A DNA stretch of 64,000 nucleotides from Chloroflexota bacterium (GTDB taxonomy: Bacteria > Chloroflexota > Dehalococcoidia > UBA2979), in the NCBI GenBank assembly GCA_045863195.1, contig BTUI01000007.1, positions 50,327 to 114,326 of the forward strand, in the 5' to 3' direction. The position numbers and the translations under genes are program-made. Below, one piece after another: positions 9,598-18,774 of the stretch (position 1 is its first letter; the number at the start of each line of letters is the position of its first letter). The notes under the pieces are model-generated. The model was not told where the DNA came from. It did no database searches and saw only the letters and a list, made by a program, of their open reading frames with translations.

Positions 9598-10068
9598 GTG
9601 ACCCAGGAACCGCTCAGTCAGCGTGACGAAGAGATCCGCAGCATCATGCGTCTCATGCTCCGCCGGGGTGAGCTCCGCATCGATGAGGCCCACCCGCTGT
9701 TGCAGGCCGGGCTCACCGTCCCCCAATTCAGGGTCCTCTTCGCCGCCGCTGCACGCGGCGGTGTTCGCGCCGGGGTGATCGCGGAACGCTCCCGCATGGC
9801 CCCGCCCAACGTCACCTCCGTCCTCGACCGGCTCGAGGAGCGTGGCTTGCTCCGCCGCATGCCCGACCCGGACGACGGCCGCGCGACCATCGTCGAACTG
9901 ACGCAGGACGGCCGCTCGCTCGTCCGCGAGATCGCCCTCGCCGGGCGCGACGAACTCGCGCGCGACCTCGCCGGCATGCCGGACGATGATCGCGCGGCGC
10001 TCCTGCGTGGCATGGCAGCGCTCATCCGCTCCATGGAATCGCGGCGGGGCGTCCCGCCTCGCGAGTAG
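9598..10068 (+). CDS. MarR family transcriptional regulator
   Basis: Winged-HTH typical of MarR (LTVPQFRVLFAAAARGGVRAGVIAERSRMAPPNVTSVLDRLEERGLLRRMPDPDDGR). GTG start. Confidence 0.85.
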   Translation: MTQEPLSQRDEEIRSIMRLMLRRGELRIDEAHPLLQAGLTVPQFRVLFAAAARGGVRAGVIAERSRMAPPNVTSVLDRLEERGLLRRMPDPDDGRATIVELTQDGRSLVREIALAGRDELARDLAGMPDDDRAALLRGMAALIRSMESRRGVPPRE

Positions 10069-10101
10069 TCGCCTGCATCGACACCCTCACGTAAGGTAGA
10101 A

Positions 10102-10130
10102 GGACGCTTCCGTCCGACGGACGGGCGTCC
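10102..10130 (+). other. strong GC hairpin between marR and the MFS gene
   Basis: GGACGC-TT-CCGTCC-GAC-GGACGG-GCGTCC: 6 + 6 bp stems with a TT bulge and 3-nt loop. No U-tract follows. AGGAGG SD and the GTG of the MFS gene lie ~15 nt downstream. Confidence 0.4.
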
Positions 10131-10148
10131 CCATACACAGGAGGCACC

Positions 10149-11531
10149 GTGGCCGCAGGCCGCTCGTCCGGCTCTGGCTCCTCTGGCGTCATCGGACGCA
10201 CCTTCGCGTCGCTACGCGTGCGGGACTACGCGTGGTTCTCCGCCGGGAACGCGGCCTTCTTCCTCGCCATGCAAATGAACTTCACGCTGCGTGGCTACCT
10301 GGCGTACGAACTGACCGGCGCTGCCTCCGCGCTCGGCATCCTCGCGCTGTCACTCGCGATGCCCATGCTGTTCGCCGGCCCGTTCGGTGGCGTGATCGCG
10401 GACCGCGTGAACAAGCGCACGCTGCTGATCGTCGTGCAGATCGGCGTCGCCGCGAACAACGGCACGATGGCGCTCCTGATCCTCACCGGGGTCGTGGAAT
10501 TCTGGCATCTCGCTGCCGCCGCGATGGTGATGGGGCTGTTCTTCGCGGTCATCACCCCGGCGCGTCAGGCCATGGTGCCGCAACTCGTGCCACAGCAGTT
10601 GATGATGAACGCAATCTCGCTCCAGATGAGCGGCCAGAACCTCACCCGGATCGTGGGCCCGGCGGTGGCCGGTCTGCTGATCGCACCAATGGGCGTGGGC
10701 AACGTCTATCTCGTCACCGTTGCCCTGTTCATCCTGTCCGTGATCACGATGTTCCCGCTGCCGAAGCACGGCATGGTCTCGATCCAGCACGGCCAGCGGC
10801 GCAACGTGGGCGAGGAACTGGTCAGCGGCCTCGCGTTCGTCTGGAAGACGCCGCTCTACCGCATCCTGCTGATCATGGCGCTGGTCATGCCGCTGTTCGC
10901 CTTCCCGGTGAACCAGATCCTGCCGGTGTTCGCGGAAGACGTGTTCGAGCGCGGCCCGACTGCCCTGGGCATCCTCATGTCCGTGTCGGGCGTGGGCGGC
11001 CTCGTCGGCGCGCTCTTCGCCGCCGGCATCTCCGACTACCCGCACAAGGGGTGGCTGCAGATCGTCGGCGCCATCGCCATGCTGCTCTGCTTCATCGCGT
11101 TCGCGGTGACGCCGTCGTTCTACCCGGCGCTCGTGTTCCTCGCGCTCGGCAACATCGGCTCGATGATCTTCCAGGTCACTAACAACGCCGTGATCCAGGC
11201 GCAGGTGCCGGACGAGTATCGCGGTCGCGTGATGGCGGTGCTGATGATGTCGTTCGGCACCATGCCCCTCGGCGTGCTGCCGCTGACCTTCGCCGCGGAC
11301 CGCTGGGGCGCCCCGCTCGCGGTCGTCGCTGCGCAGATCATCGGCCTCGCGGTCGTGCTGCTGACCGTGGTCTTCAGCCCCAGCGTCCGCAACCTGCGCA
11401 TCAGCAACCTGGACGAGGCGGAGCTGTCGCCCGCCCAGGCCGCGAAACTGGTCGCCGAGGGCAAGATCACGCGCGAGGAAGCCGCACGCCTCAGCGGCCG
11501 CGCCGGCGGCACGGCGCGCGCCCCGCACTAG
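10149..11531 (+). CDS. MFS transporter
   Basis: 460 aa with a multi-TM hydrophobic profile. MFS motif-A-like GGVIADRVNKRTLL. AGGAGG SD before the GTG start. Confidence 0.85.
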   Translation: MAAGRSSGSGSSGVIGRTFASLRVRDYAWFSAGNAAFFLAMQMNFTLRGYLAYELTGAASALGILALSLAMPMLFAGPFGGVIADRVNKRTLLIVVQIGVAANNGTMALLILTGVVEFWHLAAAAMVMGLFFAVITPARQAMVPQLVPQQLMMNAISLQMSGQNLTRIVGPAVAGLLIAPMGVGNVYLVTVALFILSVITMFPLPKHGMVSIQHGQRRNVGEELVSGLAFVWKTPLYRILLIMALVMPLFAFPVNQILPVFAEDVFERGPTALGILMSVSGVGGLVGALFAAGISDYPHKGWLQIVGAIAMLLCFIAFAVTPSFYPALVFLALGNIGSMIFQVTNNAVIQAQVPDEYRGRVMAVLMMSFGTMPLGVLPLTFAADRWGAPLAVVAAQIIGLAVVLLTVVFSPSVRNLRISNLDEAELSPAQAAKLVAEGKITREEAARLSGRAGGTARAPH

Positions 11532-12490
11532 CGGACGCGCGGACGCCCCGCCCTCGGGTCCAGCGCGTCGCGCAGGCCGTCGCCCACATACTGCGTGCAG
11601 AGAAACAGCACCCCGAGGATCGCGGTGGGGATCGCCAGCGCCGTCCACTGCACCATCACGAACTGGAAGTGGTCGTTCACCAGCACGCCGAGGCTCGCGC
11701 CCGGCGGGGTCACGCCCAGCCCGATGAACGACAGCGCCGCCTCCGCGAAGATCGCCCGCGGCGCCATGAACGTCGCCTCCACGATCACAGGCCCTGCCGC
11801 GTGCGGCAGCCAGTGGCGGAGCGCGATCCTCGACCGCGACGCGCCGAGGGAGACCGCGGCGAGCGAAAACTCCGTCTCCCGGACCGCCAGCAGCTGGCCG
11901 CGCACGAGCCGCGCCATCGTCGGCCAGCCGGTGAGGCCGATCGCGAGGAACAGCAGCCACACACCGGCATCGAGGCCGAGCAGGTGCTGCTGGCCGAGCA
12001 GCGTCTCGCCCATCGCCGCGCGCAGGAGGATGATCAGCAGCAGGTCTGGCAGCGCGTAGGCCATGTCCGTGCCGCGCATCAGCAGCGCGTCCAGCCACCC
12101 GGGGCCGCTCGCGGCGAGCGCGCCGACGGCGATTCCGATCGTCCCTGCGACGAGGATCGCGAACGCCGCCGCCAGCAACGAGACCCGCAGTCCGGACAGC
12201 GTGCGGCTGTAGATGTCTCGCGCCAGCTGGTCGGTGCCGAAGAGGTGTTCCCCGCTCGGCGGCAGGAACTTCCCCGTCTCCCGGGGCGCCATCGGGTCCA
12301 GCACGCCGCCGGACGGCGCGGCGAGGTACTGGCGCGTCGGGTCGTGCGTCATCAGCAGCGGAGCGAACAGCGCGGCCAGCACGAGCAGGCCGAGGATCGC
12401 CGCGCTGCCGGCCGCCATCCGGTTCGACCGGAACCGCGCCCAGGCGCGCACGCCCGCGCCATCCTCCGCGCGCGGAACGTCGGCGATCAT
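11528..12490 (-). CDS. ABC transporter permease (peptide/nickel type, DppC/OppC-like)
   Basis: Start reset to ATG 12490, which overlaps the stop of the upstream permease (ATGA). The track's 476-aa version carries an Arg/Gly-rich false N-terminal extension. N-terminus ..FRSNRMAAGSAAILGLLVLAALFAPLL.. and the BPD-transporter core (..SLGASRSRIALRHWLPHAAGPVIV..). Confidence 0.85.
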   Translation of the reverse strand: MIADVPRAEDGAGVRAWARFRSNRMAAGSAAILGLLVLAALFAPLLMTHDPTRQYLAAPSGGVLDPMAPRETGKFLPPSGEHLFGTDQLARDIYSRTLSGLRVSLLAAAFAILVAGTIGIAVGALAASGPGWLDALLMRGTDMAYALPDLLLIILLRAAMGETLLGQQHLLGLDAGVWLLFLAIGLTGWPTMARLVRGQLLAVRETEFSLAAVSLGASRSRIALRHWLPHAAGPVIVEATFMAPRAIFAEAALSFIGLGVTPPGASLGVLVNDHFQFVMVQWTALAIPTAILGVLFLCTQYVGDGLRDALDPRAGRPRVR

Positions 12491-13434
12491 CGGAGCGTCA
12501 CCCGCGGGTCGATCAGCGGATACAGCAGGTCGACGACCAGGTTGGCGGCCATGATCACCGCGCCGTAGAACAGCGTGGTGCCCATGATCACCCCGTAGTC
12601 GCGCGCCACCACCGAGGTGATGAACGCGGACCCGATGCCGGGCACCCCGAAGATCGCCTCGATGATGATCGAACCGGTCACCAGGCTCGCGAACACCGGC
12701 CCCAGCACCGTCACCACGGGCACGAGCGCGTTCCGCAGCGCGTGGCGCAGGTACACGCCGCGCCAGCCGAGGCCCTTCGCGCGCGCCGTGCGGATGTAGT
12801 CCTGCTCCAGCACCTCCAGCATCGCCGCGCGCGTGATCCTCGACACGATCGCCATGCCGGGAGCACCGAGCGCGATCGCGGGGAGAATGCCGGCACGCAG
12901 CGACCCGATCCCCGTGCCGAAGCGCGTGCCGGCGAGCACGTCCGTCCAACCGAGCCACACTGAGAAGATCAGGAGCAACACGAACGCCAGCACGAACGCC
13001 GGCACCGCCGCCAGCGCCGTCGCGAGCGCGAGCGCAGCCGCGTCCACGACGCCACCTCGACGCACCGCCGCCAGCACCCCGAGTGGGATGCCGGCCGCGA
13101 CGACGATCGCGAACGACATCAGCCCGAGGATGAGTGACGGGCGCATCTTCGCGGCCATGAGGTTCGTGACGGGCTGACCCTGCTGCGCGAACGAGATGCC
13201 GAGGTCGCCCTGCACCAGGTGGCCGAGGTAGCGGACGAACTGAAGCGGCAACGGGTCATCCAGCCCGTAGTACGCGCGCTGCGCCTCGATCACCGCAGGA
13301 GGGAGCGGGCGATCGACGGAGGCGGCATCGAAGGGCCCGCCGGGGACGCGGTGCATCAGCAGGAAGGTCACAGCCGCCAGCACCAGCAGCGTCGCCGCTG
13401 TCCACGTCAGCCGCCGGGCGAGGTAGCGCGCCAT
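12487..13434 (-). CDS. ABC transporter permease (DppB/OppB-like)
   Basis: N-terminus MARYLARRLTWTAATLLVLAAVTFLLM. Permease core ..DYIRTARAKGLGWRGVYLRHALRNALVPVVT.. Confidence 0.9.
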   Translation of the reverse strand: MARYLARRLTWTAATLLVLAAVTFLLMHRVPGGPFDAASVDRPLPPAVIEAQRAYYGLDDPLPLQFVRYLGHLVQGDLGISFAQQGQPVTNLMAAKMRPSLILGLMSFAIVVAAGIPLGVLAAVRRGGVVDAAALALATALAAVPAFVLAFVLLLIFSVWLGWTDVLAGTRFGTGIGSLRAGILPAIALGAPGMAIVSRITRAAMLEVLEQDYIRTARAKGLGWRGVYLRHALRNALVPVVTVLGPVFASLVTGSIIIEAIFGVPGIGSAFITSVVARDYGVIMGTTLFYGAVIMAANLVVDLLYPLIDPRVTLR

Positions 13435-13493
13435 GGGGAGAGCCTACCCCCGCCGGGCCGTGCGAGACGGCCCGGCGGGGGCGCCCAGTCTGA

Positions 13494-15266
13494 CTATTGC
13501 GCCCGCCCGGAGATGACCACCCGGTCGAAGAAGAGATCCCCGGGGATCTCGCCTTCCATCGAAGACGGCACCAGGCCCGTCACCCACGGCTTCACGAGCG
13601 CGTTGCGGCGGCCGTAGTAGAGCGGCGTGAACGGCGCGTCCGCAATCAGGATGCGCTGCGCGTCCAGGTACTGCTGGATCCGCCGGTCGTTGTCCAGTTC
13701 CTGCTCCGCCGCGTCCAGGAGCGCATCGAACTCCGGGTTGCTGTAGGCGCCGGAGTTGAACGCGCCACCCGCCTCGAAGAGCGGGAGCCAGTTCTGCGGG
13801 TCGGGGTAGTCCGCCCCCCAGCCGCTGATCACCACGGAGTAGTTCCCGGCGGTCCGGTCGGCCACGTAGGTCGCCGTGTCGCGCGTCACCACATTCACCG
13901 TGATGCCCAGGTTGCGCTGCCACTGTTCCTGCAGCCACTGGGTGGTCTGGTTCGCCGTCGTCGTGTCCACCGACAGGATCGTGACGGTCAGCCCGGCACC
14001 GCCGGGATAGCCCGCCTCCGCCAGCAGCCTCCGCGACGCCTCGAGGGCGTCACGGTAGGCGGCGCCGACCTCCGGGTCGTGGCCAGGCATCCCCGGCGGC
14101 ACCCAGCCGTACGCCGGCAGCACCGCGCCCTCGCGCACGATCTCGGCGTACTCCTGGCGGTCGAAGCCGCCCGCGAGCGCCTGTCGCACGTGCACGTCCG
14201 CCAGCATCGGGTCGTTGAGGTTGAAGAACAGCCCCACGGTGCTCAACTGCGCATATGCGATGAACTGCTCGCGCAGCGGGATGTCGTCGCGCACCTGCAC
14301 CAGTTCGGCCGCGCCGAGGGTCACGATGTCCAGTTCGGAGTTCTTGTAGGCGAGGAAGGTCACCGCGTTCTCGCTCACCATCGAGAACTGCACGGACTGC
14401 AGCGTGACCGGGGCGCCGTGCCAGTGCTCGTTCCGCACGAGTTCGACGCGCTCGCCGTGATCCCACGCGGCGAGGCGGAACGGGCCGTTCGAGACGTGGC
14501 TGCCCGCCTCCGTCCAGAGCGCACCGTTCGCGTCGATCAGGTCCTGCCGCACGGGGTAGAGCGGCCACATCGTGGCGAGCTGCAGGAAGACCGGCGTGCG
14601 TGTGGAGAGTTCGAACACGACCGTGCGGTCGTCCGGCGCCGTCACCCGCAGCGCCGGCCCCACGAGGGCCTCCAGCGCCAGCAGTTCCTCGCCGGTCACG
14701 CCCGCACGGCGCGCTGCCCGAACCGCCTGGTTTGCGTCGCCGTCCGGCCCGGGTGCCGCGATCACGCGGTAGAAGTCCGCGTAGTAGGAGGCCGCCCCCG
14801 GCTCGAAGATGCGCTTCGCCGCATCGACGAATGCCTGTGCCGCCAGCGGCGAGCCGTCTGACCACTTCAGCCCCTCGCGGAGCCGGAAGGTGTAGGTCAG
14901 GCCGTCCTCGGAGATGCCACCGTTGGCGACGGTCGGAACCTCCTGTGCCAGGTCGGGCAGCACCTGCAGGTCCGGGCCCACGCGGAGCAGGCCAGAGTAG
15001 ATGTTCTGAAGGATGGTGTTGGAGACGGAGTCCGTTGCGCGCTGCGGGTCGAGCGTGGGCGGCTCGCCCGGCAGGTTCACCCGCAGTGTCTGGTTCGCGT
15101 CCGGCACCGCTGCCGTGGCAGTGGCAGTGGCGGTCGCGTCAAGGCTCGCGGTGGCGGTCGGTGTCGGATCGTCGTCACCGCCCGGACTGCAGGCAGCGAG
15201 GATCAGCGACAGGAAGAACGGCGCGAGCACCAGCCGGCGCATCACACCGCGGATCGGCAGACTCAT
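13494..15266 (-). CDS. ABC transporter substrate-binding lipoprotein, family 5 (peptide/nickel)
   Basis: Lipobox LILAAC followed by a Thr/Ala/Asp linker. SBP_bac_5-like body (..IYSGLLRV.., ..LKWSDGSPL.., ..WGADYPDPQNWL..). Confidence 0.88.
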   Translation of the reverse strand: MSLPIRGVMRRLVLAPFFLSLILAACSPGGDDDPTPTATASLDATATATATAAVPDANQTLRVNLPGEPPTLDPQRATDSVSNTILQNIYSGLLRVGPDLQVLPDLAQEVPTVANGGISEDGLTYTFRLREGLKWSDGSPLAAQAFVDAAKRIFEPGAASYYADFYRVIAAPGPDGDANQAVRAARRAGVTGEELLALEALVGPALRVTAPDDRTVVFELSTRTPVFLQLATMWPLYPVRQDLIDANGALWTEAGSHVSNGPFRLAAWDHGERVELVRNEHWHGAPVTLQSVQFSMVSENAVTFLAYKNSELDIVTLGAAELVQVRDDIPLREQFIAYAQLSTVGLFFNLNDPMLADVHVRQALAGGFDRQEYAEIVREGAVLPAYGWVPPGMPGHDPEVGAAYRDALEASRRLLAEAGYPGGAGLTVTILSVDTTTANQTTQWLQEQWQRNLGITVNVVTRDTATYVADRTAGNYSVVISGWGADYPDPQNWLPLFEAGGAFNSGAYSNPEFDALLDAAEQELDNDRRIQQYLDAQRILIADAPFTPLYYGRRNALVKPWVTGLVPSSMEGEIPGDLFFDRVVISGRAQ

Positions 15267-15410
15267 TGCGGCACCGAGTTTCTGAAGTACCCAACCCCAC
15301 GACGGCGCGCCGCCCAGCGCAAGGCCTCATAGTAGTCACCGTCAGATTGCGGCGTACGAGTTCGGCGCAAGAATTTTCTTCGGATTTGCTGTGTTAGCGT
15401 CGGATGCATC

Positions 15411-16595
15411 GTGCGCTCCCGACCATTCGTCGTCCTCTTCATCGCCGTGTTCGTGGCCACCATGGGCATCTCCATGGTGAGCCCGCTGCTGCCTGTCTAC
15501 GCGGAGGAGTTGGGCGCATCCGGCGTGTGGATCGGCCTGACGTTCTCCTCGTTCGCGATCTCTCAGACCCTGGTCAGCCCGTTCGCCGGCCAGTGGTCGG
15601 ACCGGTACGGGCGCAAGCCGTTCATCATTGCGGGGCTCGGGTTCTACGTGGCCGCCTCCATCGGCTACCTCACGGCGGACACGTTCGTGCAGGTGATGGC
15701 GTTCCGGATGCTCTCCGGCTGCGGCACGAGCCTGATCTTCTCCGTCGCGCGCGCCTACATCGGCGACATGGTGCCCGAGGGGCACGAGGGGCGCTGGTTC
15801 GGCCTGTTCGCGACCGCGGACATCGTCGGCTTCGGGATCGGGCCACTCCTCGCCGGCGCGCTGCGCGAGGCGTTCGGGTTCGACGCCGTGTTCATCGGCA
15901 TGGGCGCGCTGATGTCCGGGTCCGCGCTCGTCGTGTGGCTCTTCCTGCCACCGCACCCGCCGGAGGACCGCGTGAGCCGCCTGGCGCGGCCCGACCTCCG
16001 GTTCGGCGTCGCGCTCCGCGACCGACTGGTCGTCGCGCTGGCGCTGCTGATGGGCCTGACCTCCCTCTCGTTCGGCGCCACGCTCTCCTTCCTCGGCCTG
16101 CGGCTGGACGCCCTCGGGATCGGGCCGCTGCTGATCGGCCTCGCGTTCTCCATCGAAAGCCTCGCGAGCGGGCTGTCGCAGCCGCTCTTCGGCCACCTGG
16201 TGGACCGAATGGACCGTCGCCGCCTCGTCGTGATCGGCCTCGGGATCAGCGGCGGCGCGCTGATCGTGCTCGGGCTGCCGCTGACGTACGGCACGGCGCT
16301 CGCGCTGCTGTTCGTGCTGGGCGTGGGACAGGCGCTGACGCAGGTCACCGCCTCCGCGATGCAGGTGGTGGCTGGCCGTCGCGTGGGCATGGGCACCGTG
16401 ATCGGCATCGGCTCCTCCGGCAACGGCGTCGGCATCGTCGTCGGGGCAGTGGCCGGCGGCGTGTTCGCGGACGCGCTTGGCCTCAGCGCACCGTTCTACG
16501 CCGGTGGCATCGCCCTCTGCCTCGCGATCGTCGTCGTGCTGCTGCTGCTCCGAGGCGTCCCCGTGACGGAAGCGGAACTCCGCGCGGGCGGCTGA
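15411..16595 (+). CDS. MFS transporter
   Basis: 394 aa, ~12 TM segments. Motif A GQWSDRYGRKP. GTG start. Confidence 0.85.
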   Translation: MRSRPFVVLFIAVFVATMGISMVSPLLPVYAEELGASGVWIGLTFSSFAISQTLVSPFAGQWSDRYGRKPFIIAGLGFYVAASIGYLTADTFVQVMAFRMLSGCGTSLIFSVARAYIGDMVPEGHEGRWFGLFATADIVGFGIGPLLAGALREAFGFDAVFIGMGALMSGSALVVWLFLPPHPPEDRVSRLARPDLRFGVALRDRLVVALALLMGLTSLSFGATLSFLGLRLDALGIGPLLIGLAFSIESLASGLSQPLFGHLVDRMDRRRLVVIGLGISGGALIVLGLPLTYGTALALLFVLGVGQALTQVTASAMQVVAGRRVGMGTVIGIGSSGNGVGIVVGAVAGGVFADALGLSAPFYAGGIALCLAIVVVLLLLRGVPVTEAELRAGG

Positions 16596-16629
16596 TCGCC
16601 CCCTCCCGCCGAGGCGTTACGATCCGCCC

Positions 16630-18165
16630 ATGACCGACACCTTCACGATCGCCCTCGAGCCGCTGCCCGGCCGCCCCGTCATCGCCCCCATCGGGACGGG
16701 CGCGCGGGTGCTGCTGGTCTCCACGTACGAACTCGGGCACCAGCCGCTCGGCCTCGCCTGGCCCGCCGCCGCGCTCCGCGCCGCCGGGCACGACGTCCGC
16801 ACGCTGGATGTCGCCGTGGAGCCTCTGGAGGCGGGCGCGTTCCGTGGCGTCGACCTCGTCGCTATCTCGATCCCGATGCACACGGCCGCCCGCCTGGGCA
16901 TGGAGGTCGCCCGCGCGGCACGGAAGATCAACCCGGCCGCCCGCATCGCGTTCTACGGGCTGTACGCCTCGCCGCTGTACGCGCACCTCACCGCCGAGGG
17001 CCTCGGCGACGTCGTCATCGGCGGCGAGTACGAGGACGGCCTGGTGGCGCTGGCTGGCCGGATCGCCGCGGGCGACACGTCCGTCGACGTGGCCGGCGCG
17101 GGCGCCACGCCTTCGCTCGCGCGCCGCCGGCATCCCGTGCCGGACCGCCGCGGGCTGCCCGCGCTCGACCGCTACGCCAGCGTCCGCCGCCGCGACGGGG
17201 AGCATCCCGCCGGCTACGTGGAGGCGACCCGTGGCTGCGCTCACCGCTGCACCCACTGCCCGATCACGCCCGTGTACGGCGGTGCGCTGCGCCTCGTCCC
17301 GGCCGAGACGGTGCTCGCCGACGCGGCCCAGCAGATCGAGGCCGGCGCGCGGCACATCACCTTCGGCGACCCGGACTTCCTCAACGCCGTCCCGCACTCG
17401 ATGGCGATCGTGGAGGAGTTCCACCGCCGCTGGCCGGAGATCACGTACGACGTCACGGTGAAGGTGGAGCACTTCCTGGAGCACCCGGAGGTGTTCCCGC
17501 GGCTGCGCGAGACCGGCTGCCTCTGGGTCACCTCCGCGTTCGAGTCCTGCAACGACCGCACGCTCGGCCTGCTCGAGAAGGGGCACACGCGCGCGGACAT
17601 GGAGGCGGCGCTCCGCATCGCGGACGGCGCGGGGCTTCCGGTGCGTCCCACCTGGGTGGCCTTCACCCCGTGGACCACGCTCGATGACCTTGTGGACATG
17701 GTCGAGTTCGTCGCGGAGCACGGCCTCCAGCGTCACGTCCAGCCGGTGCAGTACACGCTGCGTCTGCTGCTGCCGCCGGGCTCGCCGCTGAACGGCGTGC
17801 TGGAAGCGCAGGGGCTCCTCGGGCCGTTCGATGCGGAGCACCTCACCTACACCTGGGCAAACCCCGACCCCCGCGTGGATACGCTCCAGGCGGAACTCGC
17901 GGCGCTCGTGGAAGCCGCCGCGATCCCCGCGACCGGCGAGGAGTGCGACGAGGACGGTGTCTGCGCCGTCCCCGGCTCGATCGAGGACATCGTCGAGACG
18001 TTCGAGAAGGTGCGGACGGCCGTGTATGCCGCCGCCGAGCGCACGCGCCCGCCTCGGGGACTCGTCCCGCTGCGCTTCGTCCCGTCGCTCACGGAGGCCT
18101 GGTACTGCTGTGCGGAGCCGACCGAGCAGCAACTGCGGCTGACCGAGGTCGCGACCGGCATCTAG
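16630..18165 (+). CDS. B12-binding-domain radical SAM protein with C-terminal CCAEP tail
   Basis: N-terminal cobalamin-binding-like domain (VLLVSTYELGHQPLGLAWPAAALRAAGHDV..). Radical-SAM cluster motif CAHRCTHC (CxxxCxxC). C-terminal ..EAWYCCAEPTEQQL, encoded TGC TGT (Cys-Cys, no TGA). Confidence 0.85.
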   Translation: MTDTFTIALEPLPGRPVIAPIGTGARVLLVSTYELGHQPLGLAWPAAALRAAGHDVRTLDVAVEPLEAGAFRGVDLVAISIPMHTAARLGMEVARAARKINPAARIAFYGLYASPLYAHLTAEGLGDVVIGGEYEDGLVALAGRIAAGDTSVDVAGAGATPSLARRRHPVPDRRGLPALDRYASVRRRDGEHPAGYVEATRGCAHRCTHCPITPVYGGALRLVPAETVLADAAQQIEAGARHITFGDPDFLNAVPHSMAIVEEFHRRWPEITYDVTVKVEHFLEHPEVFPRLRETGCLWVTSAFESCNDRTLGLLEKGHTRADMEAALRIADGAGLPVRPTWVAFTPWTTLDDLVDMVEFVAEHGLQRHVQPVQYTLRLLLPPGSPLNGVLEAQGLLGPFDAEHLTYTWANPDPRVDTLQAELAALVEAAAIPATGEECDEDGVCAVPGSIEDIVETFEKVRTAVYAAAERTRPPRGLVPLRFVPSLTEAWYCCAEPTEQQLRLTEVATGI

Positions 18166-18350
18166 GCCGCCCCCTGGCCCGCTGGACCATCGTGGCCCCT
18201 CACCGGCGGCTCTCCGCACACCCTGACGTAATTAACCAAATCTTAGTCAACGCCTCTTGTATTGATGGTCGTTTCTGCGTCACAATCAGGTCACGACTGA
18301 TTCAGGACTGCGTCAGTCGGACGCAGGCACCTGTAGAGAGGGCGGGAACG

Positions 18351-18680
18351 ATGACCACGAGCACCCACCTGACCGGCAACCCGCGCACTGCGGCCTACCG
18401 CGCCGGCGGTCGGCGCTTCGCCGAAGCGGAGAAGCAGCCGAAGCGCACCGTGATCACGGGAGGCAAGCCGAACTGCGTGCACCACTGGGTGATCGACGCG
18501 CCCGTGCCGGGCGTGCGCGGGGCGAACGGCATCTGCAAGCGCTGCGAGGCCCGCCGCCACTTCGAGCACGCGGCGGACGGCTGGGAGCGCGAGTCGTGGA
18601 ACGCGGGCCCCGCGTCGCTGGCCGGCCGCCTGAGCCCCACCGTTGACCAGTCCGACTGGGCGCCGGCGGACGAGCGCTAG
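18351..18680 (+). CDS. hypothetical small protein with CxHH...CxxC zinc-ribbon-like motif (109 aa)
   Basis: ATG 18351 preceded by GAGAGGG. MTTSTHLTGNPRTAAYRAGGRRFAEAEKQPKRTVITGGKPNCVHHWVIDAPVPGVRGANGICKRCEARRHFEH... The track shows it fused to a false 136-codon N-terminal extension. Confidence 0.55.
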   Translation: MTTSTHLTGNPRTAAYRAGGRRFAEAEKQPKRTVITGGKPNCVHHWVIDAPVPGVRGANGICKRCEARRHFEHAADGWERESWNAGPASLAGRLSPTVDQSDWAPADER

Positions 18681-18774
18681 GGCCCACGCCCATCAGAACG
18701 TCCGGCGGCGCACCGCGGCCGCCGGCGCAGGCGAGGGGGCGGCCTGAGTGCCGCGGGGCCGCTCCCTTGCCGAA

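Noticed and set aside
10350-12098. 582-aa minus-strand ORF, and the similar long Arg-rich ORFs 16483-18219(-), 48216-50120(-), 50018-51823(+), 59937-61457(-), 62395-63969(-), 15342-16196(-)
   Set aside because: All have Arg/Gly/Asp/His-dominated, low-complexity composition. All overlap genes with strong motif support on the opposite strand or in another frame.
18103-18111. Possible selenocysteine (UGA) recoding in the CUAEP/CCAEP tail of the radical SAM gene
   Set aside because: The codons are TGC TGT (Cys-Cys). There is no in-frame TGA, so no recoding occurs here.
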